64,000 bases of DNA from Candidatus Binatia bacterium (GCA_963666515.2 OY762897.2:1472001-1536000); one strand, 5' to 3'; shown: positions 51,123-62,295, counted from the first letter of the stretch. A program made the numbers and translations. The notes: generated by a model from the letters alone, not told the origin.

Positions 51123-51544
51123 ATCGACAACCCCTTCCGTTCGGACAATCCTTCCAGGCCGCGGTCCCGGAGCTCCCGGATCAGCGGCAGGTCTCCCTCG
51201 AGAAAATCCAACCCTTCCAACTCATGGGCGGCCACCCACGCGATGCGCCGGAACACCCGGTTGCGCGGCTCGCCGCGGTACGCCTGCACCGCGAAGAAGG
51301 CCAGCTCCACCCGGGTCCCGCCGGCGTAGACGTGGACGTGCCGGAACACTTCCCGGGCGCTCTCCACCTCGACGTCCAGCTCCTCCCTCAGCTCCCTCGC
51401 GAGGGCCGCGCGCGCGTCCTCGCCGGCTTCGATCTTGCCGCCCGGGAACTCCCACTTGTGCGGGAACGCGGCGTCGCCCCGGCGCTGGCAGACCAGGAAC
51501 CGGCCGCCTCTGCACAGAATTCCTGCCGCCACCCGGAGCGTCAT
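51119..51544 (-). CDS. NUDIX hydrolase (MutT-like)
   Basis: WEFPGGKIEAGE...LARELREEL Nudix box. Confidence 0.92.
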   Translation of the reverse strand: MTLRVAAGILCRGGRFLVCQRRGDAAFPHKWEFPGGKIEAGEDARAALARELREELDVEVESAREVFRHVHVYAGGTRVELAFFAVQAYRGEPRNRVFRRIAWVAAHELEGLDFLEGDLPLIRELRDRGLEGLSERKGLSI

Positions 51545-51546
51545 GC

Positions 51547-52923
51547 TCAACCGGCGGGAGCCTGGCGCGGCGTCCCCGGCGCGTCTTCCTTCGGGCGGCT
51601 CAGCTTGCCGGTGACGTTGTCCCGAATCCACTTGGGGTCCCACCACTCCAGGGGCAGCACCGCCACGCCCTGGATGTAGACGCCGTAATGGAGATGGTCG
51701 CCGATGGCCAAGCCGGTCTCGCCGGTGCGGCCGATCCTCGCCCCCTTCTTCACCACGGCGCCCGGCGCCACCGCCACCGAGCTGAGGTGGGAGTACAGGC
51801 TGCACAGCCCGAGGCCGTGGTCGATGATCACGGTATTGCCGTAGATTCCCAGCGCGCCCGCGAACCTCACGACGCCGCTGTTGGCCGCCCCCACCGGATA
51901 GCGCCGGGTCACCGCCAGGTCGTAGCCCAGGTGCCGCGCCTCGTCGATCTTCCGGTCCCGGTAGTAGTACGAGCGGTGATCGGCGAAGTTGGCCTGTACC
52001 GAGGAATTGGGGAGCTGGGTGAAGCGCCCCCTCCACAGCTTTCTCGGCGCGGAATCCTGGCAGATCTTCCGTATGGTATCCTCGTTCACCTGCCGCAGGT
52101 CGTGATTCACCCGTAGAAACTGGTCCCGCGGAGTGCCGCCCGCACCGCCGGCCTCGGATGCCAGCGGCACGATCTTGCGCTGGATGAACTCCTCCGACAC
52201 CTGCACCTTCACCCGCCGGTACCGGAGCGGCCTCACGTTGTACACGAGCGCGAACTCCCGCGCGTTGCCGGCGTGGTCCTCGGCGAAGATCCGGGCGCGC
52301 TCACCGACCGGAACGTCGTAAGGGTGGGAGAAGAACGCCACCGACACGTTGCGGTCCGGCACATGCCCCTGGTAGCCGGGAAAGAAGTAGCTGCCGATCC
52401 GGATCCCGCTGCGTTCCGTATCCGTGGACGTCTTGTACGCCACCACGCCGGAGCCGCCCTGGGTCACGTAACGGTCCCCGGACACGACGTCTACCGTGGG
52501 CGGCCTGAAATCCACCGTCACGGCCTTCTCGAAGGTGGTCCGGTTGCCCCTGAAGAAACTCCAGTAGGAGCGGTCGACCGCGGTGACCGTCAGGACGCCG
52601 GGGCCGTCCTTCAGCTTGTGCCGCACGGGGTCGAGCTGCACCGGGACCTCGAAAAACCCGGGAAAGTCCTCGAACTCCCTGAAATAGACCGGGCTGGATT
52701 CCCCGCCCGCCTTCAGATCGATGGAGACGTACGCAAGCCCCTTGCCCCGGTCACGGACGTTGACGACGAAAGGACGGCGGCCCAGCACGGGCCTTTCCAG
52801 CCCCACCTGGATCCGCGGCGGGTACCACTCGAACTGGCGGAAGACGAACAGGCCCGCGGCCACCAGCGCCACCGCCAGGATGACGGCGCCTCCCATGCCG
52901 GTCAATCTTTTCGGCAGCATCAT
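51547..52923 (-). CDS. M23 family metallopeptidase
   Basis: HLGYD, YGNTVIIDHG, HLHY; N-terminal TM helix. Confidence 0.92.
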   Translation of the reverse strand: MMLPKRLTGMGGAVILAVALVAAGLFVFRQFEWYPPRIQVGLERPVLGRRPFVVNVRDRGKGLAYVSIDLKAGGESSPVYFREFEDFPGFFEVPVQLDPVRHKLKDGPGVLTVTAVDRSYWSFFRGNRTTFEKAVTVDFRPPTVDVVSGDRYVTQGGSGVVAYKTSTDTERSGIRIGSYFFPGYQGHVPDRNVSVAFFSHPYDVPVGERARIFAEDHAGNAREFALVYNVRPLRYRRVKVQVSEEFIQRKIVPLASEAGGAGGTPRDQFLRVNHDLRQVNEDTIRKICQDSAPRKLWRGRFTQLPNSSVQANFADHRSYYYRDRKIDEARHLGYDLAVTRRYPVGAANSGVVRFAGALGIYGNTVIIDHGLGLCSLYSHLSSVAVAPGAVVKKGARIGRTGETGLAIGDHLHYGVYIQGVAVLPLEWWDPKWIRDNVTGKLSRPKEDAPGTPRQAPAG

Positions 52924-52983
52924 TGCGCTCCGGGGTCCCGCGGCGGATCGACGGTGCGTTGCGCGGCGCGGGCGGATCCGCCC

Positions 52984-54393
52984 CTACGGGGCCAGCTCCC
53001 ACGTGGTGCCGGACGGACCGTCCTTCAGCATGATCCCCTTTTCCTTCAAGGCGTCACGGATGTCGTCGGCCTGCTGCCAGTCCCTGGCCGTCCGCGCCCG
53101 GTTGCGTTCCTCGATGAGTTGCGTGATCTCGTCCTCGGAGAGCGCCCGGCGCACGAGCCCTGCCCTCCGCCTCTCCTCCAGGAACCGTTCGGGAGCCTCC
53201 TGCATGAGCCCCAGCACATCGGACATGGCCCGCAACGCGTTCCGCCGGGCGTCGAGACCGCTGCCTTGTCCGCGGTCGAGCAGCCGGTTGACGGCGCGAA
53301 GCTCCTCGAACACCACCGCCAAGGCCCTAGACGTGTTGAAGTCGTCGTCCATTTCCGCGCGGAAGTCTTCCATGGGGCCGGGGTCCACGTTTTCCGAAGG
53401 GCCGAGGTCGCGGTCCGCCCGGCTCACGGTTTCGTAGATGCGCGCCGCGGTCCGCTGGGCCTCCGCCAGGGCATCTTCGGAGAACTCGATGGGATTCCGG
53501 TAGTGGGTGGTCAGCATGTAGAGACGCAGGGCCGCGGCATCGTAACGCTCCAGCACGTCCTTGATGCTGAGGATGTTTCCGGTGGACTTTGACATCTTCT
53601 CCCGGGCGAGCTGGACGAAACCATTATGGATCCAGTAGCGCGCGAAAGGCGCTCCCGCGGCGCACTCGGACTGGGCGATCTCGTTCTCGTTGTGGGGGAA
53701 GACCAGGTCCTGTCCGCCTCCGTGGATGTCGAACGGCTGGCCGAGGTACTTGGTGCTCATGGCCGAGCACTCGATGTGCCAGCCGGGCCGGCCCCTGCCC
53801 CAGGGACTCTCCCAGAACGGCTCCCCCTCCTTGCTCGCCTTCCACAGCGCGAAGTCCATGGGGTGCCGCTTGCGGTCGTCCACGTCGACGCGTGCGCCGG
53901 CAGTCATCTCGTCGAGGCTCCGGCTCGACAGTTTGCCGTATCCCTGAAAACTCTCCACTGCGAAATAGACGTCGCCTGCGACTTCATAGGCGTGGCCGCG
54001 TTCCACCAACGTGGAGATGATGGCGATCATCTCCGGTATGTGCTCGGTGGCGCGGGGCTCCAGCGAAGGCTCCAGCAGCCCCAGGGCGGCGGCGGCGCGG
54101 TGGAACTCGTCGATGTAGCGCTGCGACACCTCCTCGGGCGAGACCCCCTCCTCGCGCGCCCGGTTGATGATCTTGTCGTCCACGTCGGTGAAGTTCCTGA
54201 CGAAGCGGCAGTCGAAGCCGAGAAAGCGCAGGTAACGGTAGATGACGTCGAAGGTCAGCAAGGCCCGGGCATGGCCGATGTGGCAGTGGTCGTAGACGGT
54301 CACGCCGCACACGTACATGGCGACGGCATCCTGTTTCAGGGGGGTGAACGGCTCTTTCCTGCCGCTCATGGTGTTGGTGATGAAAAGAGCCAT
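52984..54393 (-). CDS. cysS: Cysteine--tRNA ligase
   Basis: CGVTVY..HIGH, GWHIEC, KMSKS. Confidence 0.98.
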   Translation of the reverse strand: MALFITNTMSGRKEPFTPLKQDAVAMYVCGVTVYDHCHIGHARALLTFDVIYRYLRFLGFDCRFVRNFTDVDDKIINRAREEGVSPEEVSQRYIDEFHRAAAALGLLEPSLEPRATEHIPEMIAIISTLVERGHAYEVAGDVYFAVESFQGYGKLSSRSLDEMTAGARVDVDDRKRHPMDFALWKASKEGEPFWESPWGRGRPGWHIECSAMSTKYLGQPFDIHGGGQDLVFPHNENEIAQSECAAGAPFARYWIHNGFVQLAREKMSKSTGNILSIKDVLERYDAAALRLYMLTTHYRNPIEFSEDALAEAQRTAARIYETVSRADRDLGPSENVDPGPMEDFRAEMDDDFNTSRALAVVFEELRAVNRLLDRGQGSGLDARRNALRAMSDVLGLMQEAPERFLEERRRAGLVRRALSEDEITQLIEERNRARTARDWQQADDIRDALKEKGIMLKDGPSGTTWELAP

Positions 54394-54504
54394 GCGGGTT
54401 CATCTTACGTGACGCCGTGGCATTTGCAAAACGCGGCGCCGGCGCCGCGCCGCGGCCGGAGCCAGGGTTGCGAAAGCGGGAAAAAACGCATACACGATGA
54501 CCCC

Positions 54505-56160
54505 ATGACCAACCCAAGACCCTACGAGGATCTCCGCGAATTCCTCGCCGTGCTGGAGGACGCCGGCAAGCTCGTCCGCATCACCCGGGAAGTCAACAAG
54601 GACACCGAGTTGCAGCCGCTGGTACGCCTGCAATTCCGCGGACTTCCGGACGAGCAGCGCAAGGCGTTCCTGTTCGAGAACGTGACCGACTCCAAGGGCC
54701 GCCGCTACGAGGGATCGGTGCTGGTGGGAGGCCTCTCCGGCTCCACCACCATCTACAGCCTGGGGCTCCAGTGCCGCCCGGAGGAGGTGCCGGACCGCTG
54801 GGTCGAGGCCATGGAGAACCCGATCCCGCCGGTAATGGTGCCCCACGGACCCGTCATGGAGGTGGTCCACAAGGGCGACGACCTCGCCGCCAGCGGCGGC
54901 TTCGCCCGGTTTCCCATTCCCATCTCGACCCCCGGCTTCGACAACGGACCCTACATCACCGCGGGACACTGGATCACCAAGGACCCGGAGACCGGCGCGC
55001 GCAACGTCGGCAACTACCGGGGCCTGGTGAAGTCTCCGCTCCGGTGCGGCGCCAACTCGGGCACTCCCCAGGACCTGTCGCGCCACTGGGAGAAGTGCCG
55101 CGAGCGGGGCATCCCGCTGGAGGTGGCCATCGCCGTGGGCACGGTGCCCGCGGCCTCGTACACGGCCACCCAGAAGGTGCCCCCGGACATGGACGAGCTG
55201 GCCCTGGCCGGCGGCCTCGCCCGCACTCCCGTCCAGCTCGTCAAGTGCCAGACCGTGGACCTGGAGGTGCCGGCCACCTCCGAGGTGGTGTTCGAGGGCA
55301 TCATCCCCACCAACTACCTGGAGGAGGAAGGCCCCTTCGGCGAGTCCATGGGCTACGTCGATCCCCGGACCATCGGCCCGGTGATGGAGCTGACCTGCGT
55401 GACGCACCGGAAGGACCCCATCTGGGTCTCCATCATCAGCCAGGTGACGCCCAGCGAAAGCTCGAAGATCAAGGCCATGGGCATGAGCACGCTGGTGCAC
55501 CGCTACCTCACCCGCAAGGGCTTCGAGTCGGTGAAGGAAGTCTACATGATGGAGGAGCTGGTCAACATGCGGCCCTACGTCGCCGTCCGCATGGACAAGA
55601 AGGACGACGGCGAGCCCCGGCGGGTCATGGACGCCGTGCTGCAATACGGTGACCGGGTGGGCAAGTTCATCGTGGCCGTGGACGAGGACATCAACGTCAA
55701 CGATCCCGTGGCCGTGACCTGGGCCATCACGCACCGCTGCCAGCCCCACAAGGACGTGACCATCGTTCCCGACCGGCCCTTCGGCGCCACCCCCATCGGC
55801 ATGGTGGTGAGCCACCCCTCGAGCCGCTACGACGGCACCGATTCGGCGCTCCTGATCGACGCCACCCGCAAGGCCGACCTGCCGCCGCTGTCCTTGCCCA
55901 AGAAGCCCTACATGGAACGGGCGGTGGAGCTGTGGAAAGAACTCGAGTTACCTGAGCTGCAGCTCAAGGAGCCGTGGCACGGCTACCTCATGGGCCTGTG
56001 GCCCGACGAGCTGGACGAGGAAGCGCGCATGGCGGCCGAGGGCGACTACGAGAAGGTGGGCGAGAAGCTCGAGGGCACGCGCGTCAGCGTCGGCGAGGGG
56101 CAGACCCTAAAGTCCATCCGCCTGGAATGGGGCAAGACCCACGCCGGGCGGTCGGTGTGA
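54505..56160 (+). CDS. UbiD-family (prFMN-dependent) decarboxylase
   Basis: DLREFL, NVGNYR, EGPFGE, VDEDI, IDATRK. Confidence 0.92.
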   Translation: MTNPRPYEDLREFLAVLEDAGKLVRITREVNKDTELQPLVRLQFRGLPDEQRKAFLFENVTDSKGRRYEGSVLVGGLSGSTTIYSLGLQCRPEEVPDRWVEAMENPIPPVMVPHGPVMEVVHKGDDLAASGGFARFPIPISTPGFDNGPYITAGHWITKDPETGARNVGNYRGLVKSPLRCGANSGTPQDLSRHWEKCRERGIPLEVAIAVGTVPAASYTATQKVPPDMDELALAGGLARTPVQLVKCQTVDLEVPATSEVVFEGIIPTNYLEEEGPFGESMGYVDPRTIGPVMELTCVTHRKDPIWVSIISQVTPSESSKIKAMGMSTLVHRYLTRKGFESVKEVYMMEELVNMRPYVAVRMDKKDDGEPRRVMDAVLQYGDRVGKFIVAVDEDINVNDPVAVTWAITHRCQPHKDVTIVPDRPFGATPIGMVVSHPSSRYDGTDSALLIDATRKADLPPLSLPKKPYMERAVELWKELELPELQLKEPWHGYLMGLWPDELDEEARMAAEGDYEKVGEKLEGTRVSVGEGQTLKSIRLEWGKTHAGRSV

Positions 56161-56176
56161 CGGATCGAGGGCAACG

Positions 56177-56731
56177 ATGAAAAGAGAACTGGTACTGAAC
56201 GTCAACGGCGAGGAGCACGACATCGAGATCGAGCCCAACCGCCTGCTGCTGGAGGCCCTGCGCGAGGACGTGGGGCTGACCGGCACCAAGGAGGGCTGCA
56301 GCATCGGCGTGTGCGGCGCCTGCAGCGTGATCGTCGACGGCCGGCTGGTGAGCGCCTGCCTGACGCTGGCCGCGGCCTGCGAGGGAAAGAAGATCGAGAC
56401 CATCGAAGGGCTGGCCCAGGACGGCGAGCTGCACCCGCTCCAGCGCGCCTTCGTGCAGTACGGCGGTTTCCAGTGCGGCATCTGCACCCCGGGCCAGATC
56501 ATGGCCGCCAAGGCGCTGCTGGACCACAACCCGAACCCCACCGCCGACCAAGTCAAGGAATGGATGTCGGCCAACCTGTGCCGCTGCACGGGCTACTACA
56601 AGATACTGGAGTCGGTCATGGCGGTGGTGGAAGGCAAGGTGGACGAGGGCGGCCAGGGCGAAGCCGTGCGCGAAGCCCGCATCCAGAGCCTCTACAAATC
56701 GGACACCTACAAGAGCGACGCCTCCGACTAG
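56177..56731 (+). CDS. Mo-hydroxylase [2Fe-2S] small subunit (CoxS/XdhC-like)
   Basis: GCSIGVCGAC, QCGIC, CRCTGY. Confidence 0.95.
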   Translation: MKRELVLNVNGEEHDIEIEPNRLLLEALREDVGLTGTKEGCSIGVCGACSVIVDGRLVSACLTLAAACEGKKIETIEGLAQDGELHPLQRAFVQYGGFQCGICTPGQIMAAKALLDHNPNPTADQVKEWMSANLCRCTGYYKILESVMAVVEGKVDEGGQGEAVREARIQSLYKSDTYKSDASD

Positions 56732-56773
56732 GGGTCGCGCGCCGGTGAAACGGCCGCCGTCTTTGGGGGAAAC

Positions 56774-59062
56774 ATGAGCAAGGCAGAAAACTACGCGGTG
56801 CTGGGCCGGAACTTCGACCGCTTCGAGGGCCACGACAAGGTGACGGGAAGCGCGGCCTATGTGGCCGACGTCTTCCTGCCGGGGATGCTGACGGGGCGGA
56901 TCCTGAGGAGTCCCCTGCCCCACGCCCGCATCCGCAACATCGACACCAGCCGGGCGGAGAAGCTGCGCGGGGTCAAGGCCGTGGTGACCGCAGAAGACAC
57001 CATCAAGAAGGGCTGGGGCGTCTTCTTCCCCGACCAGTACCCGCTGTCGGTGGGCAAGGCCCGGTACGTCGGCGAGGAGGTGGCCGCGGTTGCGGCCATC
57101 GACCGCGACACCGCGGAGGAGGCGCTGGAGCTGATCGACGTGGACTGGGAGGAGTTGCCGGCGGTGTTCGACGCCGCGGAGGCCATGGAGCCCGACGCGC
57201 CTCTGATCCACGAGGAGAAGGAGAACAACATCGCCCTCACCATCGACGTGGTGCGGGGCGACATCGACGCCGCCTTCAAGGACTCGGACCTGGTGGTGGA
57301 GGACACCTTCGAGAGCGTCCCTCAGTGGCACTCGGCCATCGAGACCATCGGCAGCGTCGCCGACTACTCGGCCAACGGCAAGTACACGGTCTACATGAAC
57401 ACCCAGACGCTGTTCATGGCGCGCATGCGCCTGGCCACCGCCCTGGGCGTGCGCGAGGCCGACGTGCGCGTCATCCAGACCGCGGTGGGCGGCGGCTTCG
57501 GCGGCAAGTCCTGCGACGACAACAACGCCATGGTGGCGGCGATCCTGGCGCGCAAGGCGCGCCGCCCGGTGAAGATCATCAACACCCGGGAGGAGGAGTT
57601 CCTGGCCGGAAGCCGTCCGCGGGTGAACATGAAGGTGTGGGTGCGCATGGGCTTCAAGAGCGACGGCCGCATCCGCGCCAAGCACATGCGCATCATCGCC
57701 GACAACGGCGCCTACAGCGGCAAGGCGCCGGCCATCACCGGCGTGGCCGCGCTGCGCCACGACACTTGCTACAAGTACTCGGACGTGCGCTCCGAGGCCT
57801 ACCTGGTCTACACCAACAAGATCCCCACCGGCGCCTTCCGGGGCTTCGGCAACCCCTCCGCGGAGTTCTCCGTGGAGCAGATGATGGACATCGCTGCGGA
57901 CGAGCTGGGCATGGACCCCTTCGAGATGGCGCGCCTCAATGCCGCGGAGGAGGGCTACGTCTCGCCCCACGGCAACCGGGTCATAAGCTGCGAGCTGCGC
58001 CAGTGCATCGACCGCACCGAGCGCATGATCGGGTGGAAGGAGAAGCGCGCCGAGCGCAAGCCCAACCGTGGCCTGGGTATGGGCTGCACCGTGCACGTGA
58101 GCGGCAAGCGCCACTTCGGCGACTACGACGGCAGCTCGGCCACCATCAAGATGAACGAGGACGGGAAAGCCTTCATCCTGAGCGGCGAGGGCGAGACCGG
58201 CCAGGGGCACTGGACCGCCATGTGCCAGATCGCCGCGGAGGAGCTGGGCGTCCCCTTCTCCGACGTGGCCATCTCCGAGGCCGACACCGACCTCACCACC
58301 TTCTGCCTCGGCAACTACGCCAGCCGCCTCACCTACGTCGCCGGCAACGCGGTGAAGAACGCCGCCACTGCGGTCAAGGAGATCCTGCACGAAACCGCCG
58401 CGGAGATGCTGGAGTGCGACCCCGGGGACCTGGTGTCGCGGGACGGCTTCATCTTCGTCAAGGGCGCGGAGCAGCGCTCCATCAGCGTGGCCGACGTGGT
58501 GCGCGGGCGGCAGTTCCGGCGCGGCGGCGCGCCGGTGGTGGCGTCGGGCAGCTTCGACGCCGACTCGGTGAGCCAGGACGCCCTCCGCTACGGCAACGAG
58601 TCCGGCGCCTACAACTTCGGCGCCCAGGCCGCGGAGGTGGAGGTGGACCCGGACACGGGCCACGTCAAGGTGATCCAGTACGCGGTGGCGTCGGACTGTG
58701 GCACGGTGATCTATCCCATCGGTGCCGAAGGGCAGGTGGAGGGCTCCATCGCCCAGGGGCTGGGCTACGCGCTCATCGAGGGCATCCGCATGGAGGAAGG
58801 CCGTCCGGTCAACCCCAACTTCAGCGACTACCGGCTGGCGTCCATGCGCGACATGCCCGACCTGGTGCACGAGTTCGCCGACTCCTACGAGCCCACGGGC
58901 CCCTTCGGCGCCAAGGGCCTGGGCGAGCTGGGCATGGACCCGGTGGCAGCCATCATCAGCAACGCCATCTACGACGCCGTGGGCGTGCGCATCCGGACCC
59001 TACCCATCACCGCGGAAAAGGTGCTGCGCGCCCTGCAGGAAAAGAAGAAGAACGGGGGCTGA
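56774..59062 (+). CDS. Xanthine dehydrogenase-family molybdopterin-binding large subunit
   Basis: GGGFGGK, AFRGFG, ETGQG, GAKGLGE. Confidence 0.93.
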   Translation: MSKAENYAVLGRNFDRFEGHDKVTGSAAYVADVFLPGMLTGRILRSPLPHARIRNIDTSRAEKLRGVKAVVTAEDTIKKGWGVFFPDQYPLSVGKARYVGEEVAAVAAIDRDTAEEALELIDVDWEELPAVFDAAEAMEPDAPLIHEEKENNIALTIDVVRGDIDAAFKDSDLVVEDTFESVPQWHSAIETIGSVADYSANGKYTVYMNTQTLFMARMRLATALGVREADVRVIQTAVGGGFGGKSCDDNNAMVAAILARKARRPVKIINTREEEFLAGSRPRVNMKVWVRMGFKSDGRIRAKHMRIIADNGAYSGKAPAITGVAALRHDTCYKYSDVRSEAYLVYTNKIPTGAFRGFGNPSAEFSVEQMMDIAADELGMDPFEMARLNAAEEGYVSPHGNRVISCELRQCIDRTERMIGWKEKRAERKPNRGLGMGCTVHVSGKRHFGDYDGSSATIKMNEDGKAFILSGEGETGQGHWTAMCQIAAEELGVPFSDVAISEADTDLTTFCLGNYASRLTYVAGNAVKNAATAVKEILHETAAEMLECDPGDLVSRDGFIFVKGAEQRSISVADVVRGRQFRRGGAPVVASGSFDADSVSQDALRYGNESGAYNFGAQAAEVEVDPDTGHVKVIQYAVASDCGTVIYPIGAEGQVEGSIAQGLGYALIEGIRMEEGRPVNPNFSDYRLASMRDMPDLVHEFADSYEPTGPFGAKGLGELGMDPVAAIISNAIYDAVGVRIRTLPITAEKVLRALQEKKKNGG

Positions 59063-59066
59063 AAAC

Positions 59067-59930
59067 ATGCGAGCCAAGTTCGACTACCTCGCGCCCACGA
59101 GCCTCGACGAGGCCTGCGCGCTGCTTCAGGAGCACGAGGGCGACGCCAAGCTCCTGGCGGGAGGCACCGCCCTGGTGATGTGGCTGCGCATGGGGCTTCT
59201 GAGCCCCGGCTACGTCATCGACCTGGAGAACGTGCCGGGACTCGACGGCATCAGCTACGACCCGGCCGACGGCCTGCGCATCGGCGCAGGCGTGAAGCAC
59301 CGGGACCTGGAGATGTGCCCGGAGGTGCAGGAGCACTATCCCCTGCTCCGGGAAACCTTCTACAAGGTGGCGCAGCCTCGCATCCGCCTCATGGCCACCG
59401 TGGGCGGCAACCTCAGCCACGGCGATCCGATGACCGATCCCGGCGCGAGCTTCATGGCCCTGGACGCCGAAGTGACGCTGTGCAGCAGCCGCGGCGAGCG
59501 CACCCTGTCGGTGGAAGACTTCTTCGTCGACTACTACGAGACCGCGCTGGAGCCCGACGAGCTCCTCACCTCGGTCCACGTGCCGCCGCCCGCGGAAGCG
59601 GTGTGGTCTCACATCAAGTTCACCCCGCGCAGCGAGGAAGACTTCGCCACCGTGGGCGTCGCGGTAACCATGACCGGCGAGGGCAGCCGGTGCGACGACG
59701 TGCGCATCGCCCTCAACTCCGTCGGCCCCACCATCTTCCGCGCCCACGCCGCGGAAGACGTGCTGCGCGGCCGGGACCTGAGCCCCGCGCGGATCGAGGA
59801 GGCGGGCGCAGCCGCCGCGGACGCGTCCGACCCCATCGAAGACGTGCGCGGCTCGCCCGACTACAAACGCGAACTGACCGCGGTGTTCGTGCGCCGGGCC
59901 CTGGAGCAGGCGGCGGCCCGGCTGGGGTGA
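59067..59930 (+). CDS. Mo-hydroxylase FAD-binding medium subunit (CoxM-like)
   Basis: LAGGT, ATVGGN, DVRGSPDYK. Confidence 0.93.
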   Translation: MRAKFDYLAPTSLDEACALLQEHEGDAKLLAGGTALVMWLRMGLLSPGYVIDLENVPGLDGISYDPADGLRIGAGVKHRDLEMCPEVQEHYPLLRETFYKVAQPRIRLMATVGGNLSHGDPMTDPGASFMALDAEVTLCSSRGERTLSVEDFFVDYYETALEPDELLTSVHVPPPAEAVWSHIKFTPRSEEDFATVGVAVTMTGEGSRCDDVRIALNSVGPTIFRAHAAEDVLRGRDLSPARIEEAGAAAADASDPIEDVRGSPDYKRELTAVFVRRALEQAAARLG

Positions 59931-59981
59931 CCCCGGGCATCCAGGAATGATCCCCCAAACCTGCTGCCGATACCGCCTTTC

Positions 59982-60284
59982 TCACATCGCGGGCTGCGGC
60001 CGGTAGCGTTGGACATGGATCCGGTCCTGATGCTTGCGTACCTGCACGAGATCGTAGGTAGCTTGGCGTCGCAGCCAGAACTCGGCATTCGACCAGCCTG
60101 CCTTTTCCAGCCGGAGCGCCATCTCCGGAGAGATCGCCGCGTGGCCGTTGAGAACCCGGGATAGGGTGTGACGGGCGACGCCCAGCACCCGCGCTGCTTC
60201 GGTCACGCTCAAACCGAGCGGTTCAAGACAGTTCTCGCGGATGCTGCGTCCGGGATGCGGAGGATCGATCATCGTCATACTCAT
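59982..60284 (-). CDS. higA: HigA-family antitoxin
   Basis: [23 protein letters not shown]. Confidence 0.92.
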   Translation of the reverse strand: MSMTMIDPPHPGRSIRENCLEPLGLSVTEAARVLGVARHTLSRVLNGHAAISPEMALRLEKAGWSNAEFWLRRQATYDLVQVRKHQDRIHVQRYRPQPAM

Positions 60285-60292
60285 GCCTCCCA

Positions 60293-60571
60293 TTAGTGGT
60301 AGTCGGTCAGGTCGACGTCGTAAGCGTCACCGTCCTCGATGCGAAATGTCACTCGCCAGTTGCCAGAGATCGAGATGCTCCAGTACCCCTTGAGATCGCC
60401 TTTCAGCGGGTGAAGCCGGTAGCCGGGCAGATCGAGGTCCGAAGGCTTGCGGGCATCGTCGAGATCGGCCAGCGCCAGCGCGACACGGTCCGAGAGATCG
60501 GACCCCACCCTGCTCACATCCCCGCGCTCATACATCCTCCTGAGCCCTCGATGACGAAAGCTTCGGATCAT
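60293..60571 (-). CDS. higB: HigB (RelE-like) toxin
   Basis: [27 protein letters not shown]; toxin-first gene order. Confidence 0.92.
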   Translation of the reverse strand: MIRSFRHRGLRRMYERGDVSRVGSDLSDRVALALADLDDARKPSDLDLPGYRLHPLKGDLKGYWSISISGNWRVTFRIEDGDAYDVDLTDYH

Positions 60572-60579
60572 GATTTCTC

Positions 60580-60606
60580 TGTACCGCATACCGGTACACA
60601 TATCAA
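60580..60606 (-). promoter_or_regulatory. higBA promoter with operator palindrome
   Basis: TTGATA-N17-TACAGA overlapped by TGTACCG-N5-CGGTACA (60580-60598), just upstream of the ATG. Confidence 0.65.
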
Positions 60607-60717
60607 TCGGAAGGAGCGGTCTTGACCGTCCGAGTCAACACCTGTATCAACACCAAGAATCGACATGGAGCGTAGGGCTGCGCAGATGTGACGGATCGGA
60701 TACGAGGGAACTCACAC

Positions 60718-62295
60718 GTGGACGAAAACTGGGACGTCATCCTCATCGGCGCGGGGCAGAACAACTTCGCGCTGGGCACCTACCTGGGCATGGCGGGCCT
60801 CGAGACCGTCATCTGCGAGAGCCGGCTGGAGAACGGCGGGCGGCTCTTCTCCGAGGAGATCACCCTGCCCGGCTACTGGCACAACAGCCTCGCCTACTTC
60901 CAAGACAACCGTGAGGTCTCGCCGGTGTGGCGGGAACTTGACTGGGAGAACGGACACCACGCCGAGTTCGTGACGCCGCCGGTGATCAGCTCGCTGCTGC
61001 TGCCCGGCGGCGCCTCGGTCTCCCATCACCAGGACCTGGACGGCACGCTGGCTTCGCTGGCGCATCACTCCGCTGCGGACCGGGCCGCCTGGAAGGACGC
61101 GCACGAGCGGTTTCGCGGCATCGTCCGGGACATCGTGATCCCATCGTACTATGCTCCGCCCGAGGCTCCGGGCGCGCTGGAGGAGCGCATCGCCGCGGAC
61201 CCCGCGGGTTCCGACTTCCTGCGCCTCGCGCACATGAGCGCCGCAGAAGCCACGGAGCATCTCTTCGAAAGCGATGCCGTGCGCACCCTGGTACTGTCGC
61301 AGATGGCCATCCCGCGCGGCTGGGCGCCGGACTACGAGGGCGGCGGACGCGAAGTGCTGGCCCTCATCGCCGGCGACGAGCGGCCGCAGCTCGCGCGCGG
61401 CGGCTCCCACTCCATTGCCCAGGTGCTGCAACGCGCCTACGTGATGCACGGCGGCCAGATCCGCGCGCTGCACCACGTGGACAGGATCCTGGTGGAAGAC
61501 GGACGCGCGGTGGGCGTGCGGCTGCGCGACGGACGGGAGTGGAAGGCGCGGCGGGCGGTGGTGTCCAACGTGGACCCCCACGGCACCTTCATCGACATGG
61601 TGGGCGAAGAGCACCTGGACGGCGGCTTCGCGCAGGCCGTGCGCGCCATCGAGCCCGACGAGTTCTCCTACTTCCAGGTGCATCTGGCGCTCAAGGCGCC
61701 CTTGCGCTTCGCCGTGCACGAGGCCGCGGACGGCGCCGTGGGCCAGGCCATGAACGTCAACTACGGGCCCCGCTCCGTCAAGGACCTCCAGGCCATGTGG
61801 CGCGAGATCCGCGCCGGCGAGTTCCCGGAGCATCCCTGCCTGCACGTCACCTGCCCCACGTGGTTCGACGCGCTGCAGGCGCCCCCGGCCAAGCACACGG
61901 CGTCGGTGTTCATGCCGGTCCCCTACCAACTCAAGGGCCACCAGCCGGAGGATTGGGTCCGTCTCAAGGACGTCTTCATGGAGCAAGTGCTGTCGGCCCT
62001 GCGCGAAGTCGCCACCAACCTCACCGACGACAACATCGTGATGAAGGTGCCGATGGACCCGTGCTACCTGGCCGGGCGCTGGCAGAACATGCGCCGGGGC
62101 TCGGTGTGGGTGGCCCGGAAGACGCCGGACCAGATGGGCGACAACCGTCCGATCCCGCAACTGGCGCAATACCGCACGCCCATCCAGGGCCTCTACCAAG
62201 TGGGCGTGGCCACACACCCGGCGGACGCGGTCATCGCCGGCTCCGGGCGCGCGGCCTGGAGCGTCCTGCGGGAGGACCTGGGGCTGGGGACCTGA
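60718..62295 (+). CDS. Phytoene desaturase-like FAD-dependent oxidoreductase
   Basis: IGAGQNN, GGRLFSEE, YRTPIQGLY; start 60688 or 60718. Confidence 0.85.
   Translation: MDENWDVILIGAGQNNFALGTYLGMAGLETVICESRLENGGRLFSEEITLPGYWHNSLAYFQDNREVSPVWRELDWENGHHAEFVTPPVISSLLLPGGASVSHHQDLDGTLASLAHHSAADRAAWKDAHERFRGIVRDIVIPSYYAPPEAPGALEERIAADPAGSDFLRLAHMSAAEATEHLFESDAVRTLVLSQMAIPRGWAPDYEGGGREVLALIAGDERPQLARGGSHSIAQVLQRAYVMHGGQIRALHHVDRILVEDGRAVGVRLRDGREWKARRAVVSNVDPHGTFIDMVGEEHLDGGFAQAVRAIEPDEFSYFQVHLALKAPLRFAVHEAADGAVGQAMNVNYGPRSVKDLQAMWREIRAGEFPEHPCLHVTCPTWFDALQAPPAKHTASVFMPVPYQLKGHQPEDWVRLKDVFMEQVLSALREVATNLTDDNIVMKVPMDPCYLAGRWQNMRRGSVWVARKTPDQMGDNRPIPQLAQYRTPIQGLYQVGVATHPADAVIAGSGRAAWSVLREDLGLGT

Noticed and set aside
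47784-51329. 1181-aa plus-strand ORF, and similar long ORFs at 503-2038, 35452-37680, 39454-42075 and 56084-58870
   Set aside because: Antisense shadows of well-supported genes in high-GC DNA; no recognisable motifs
56774-59062. Aerobic CO dehydrogenase (coxL)
   Set aside because: Active-site loop is AFRGFG, not AYxCSFR (form I) or AYxGAGR (form II)
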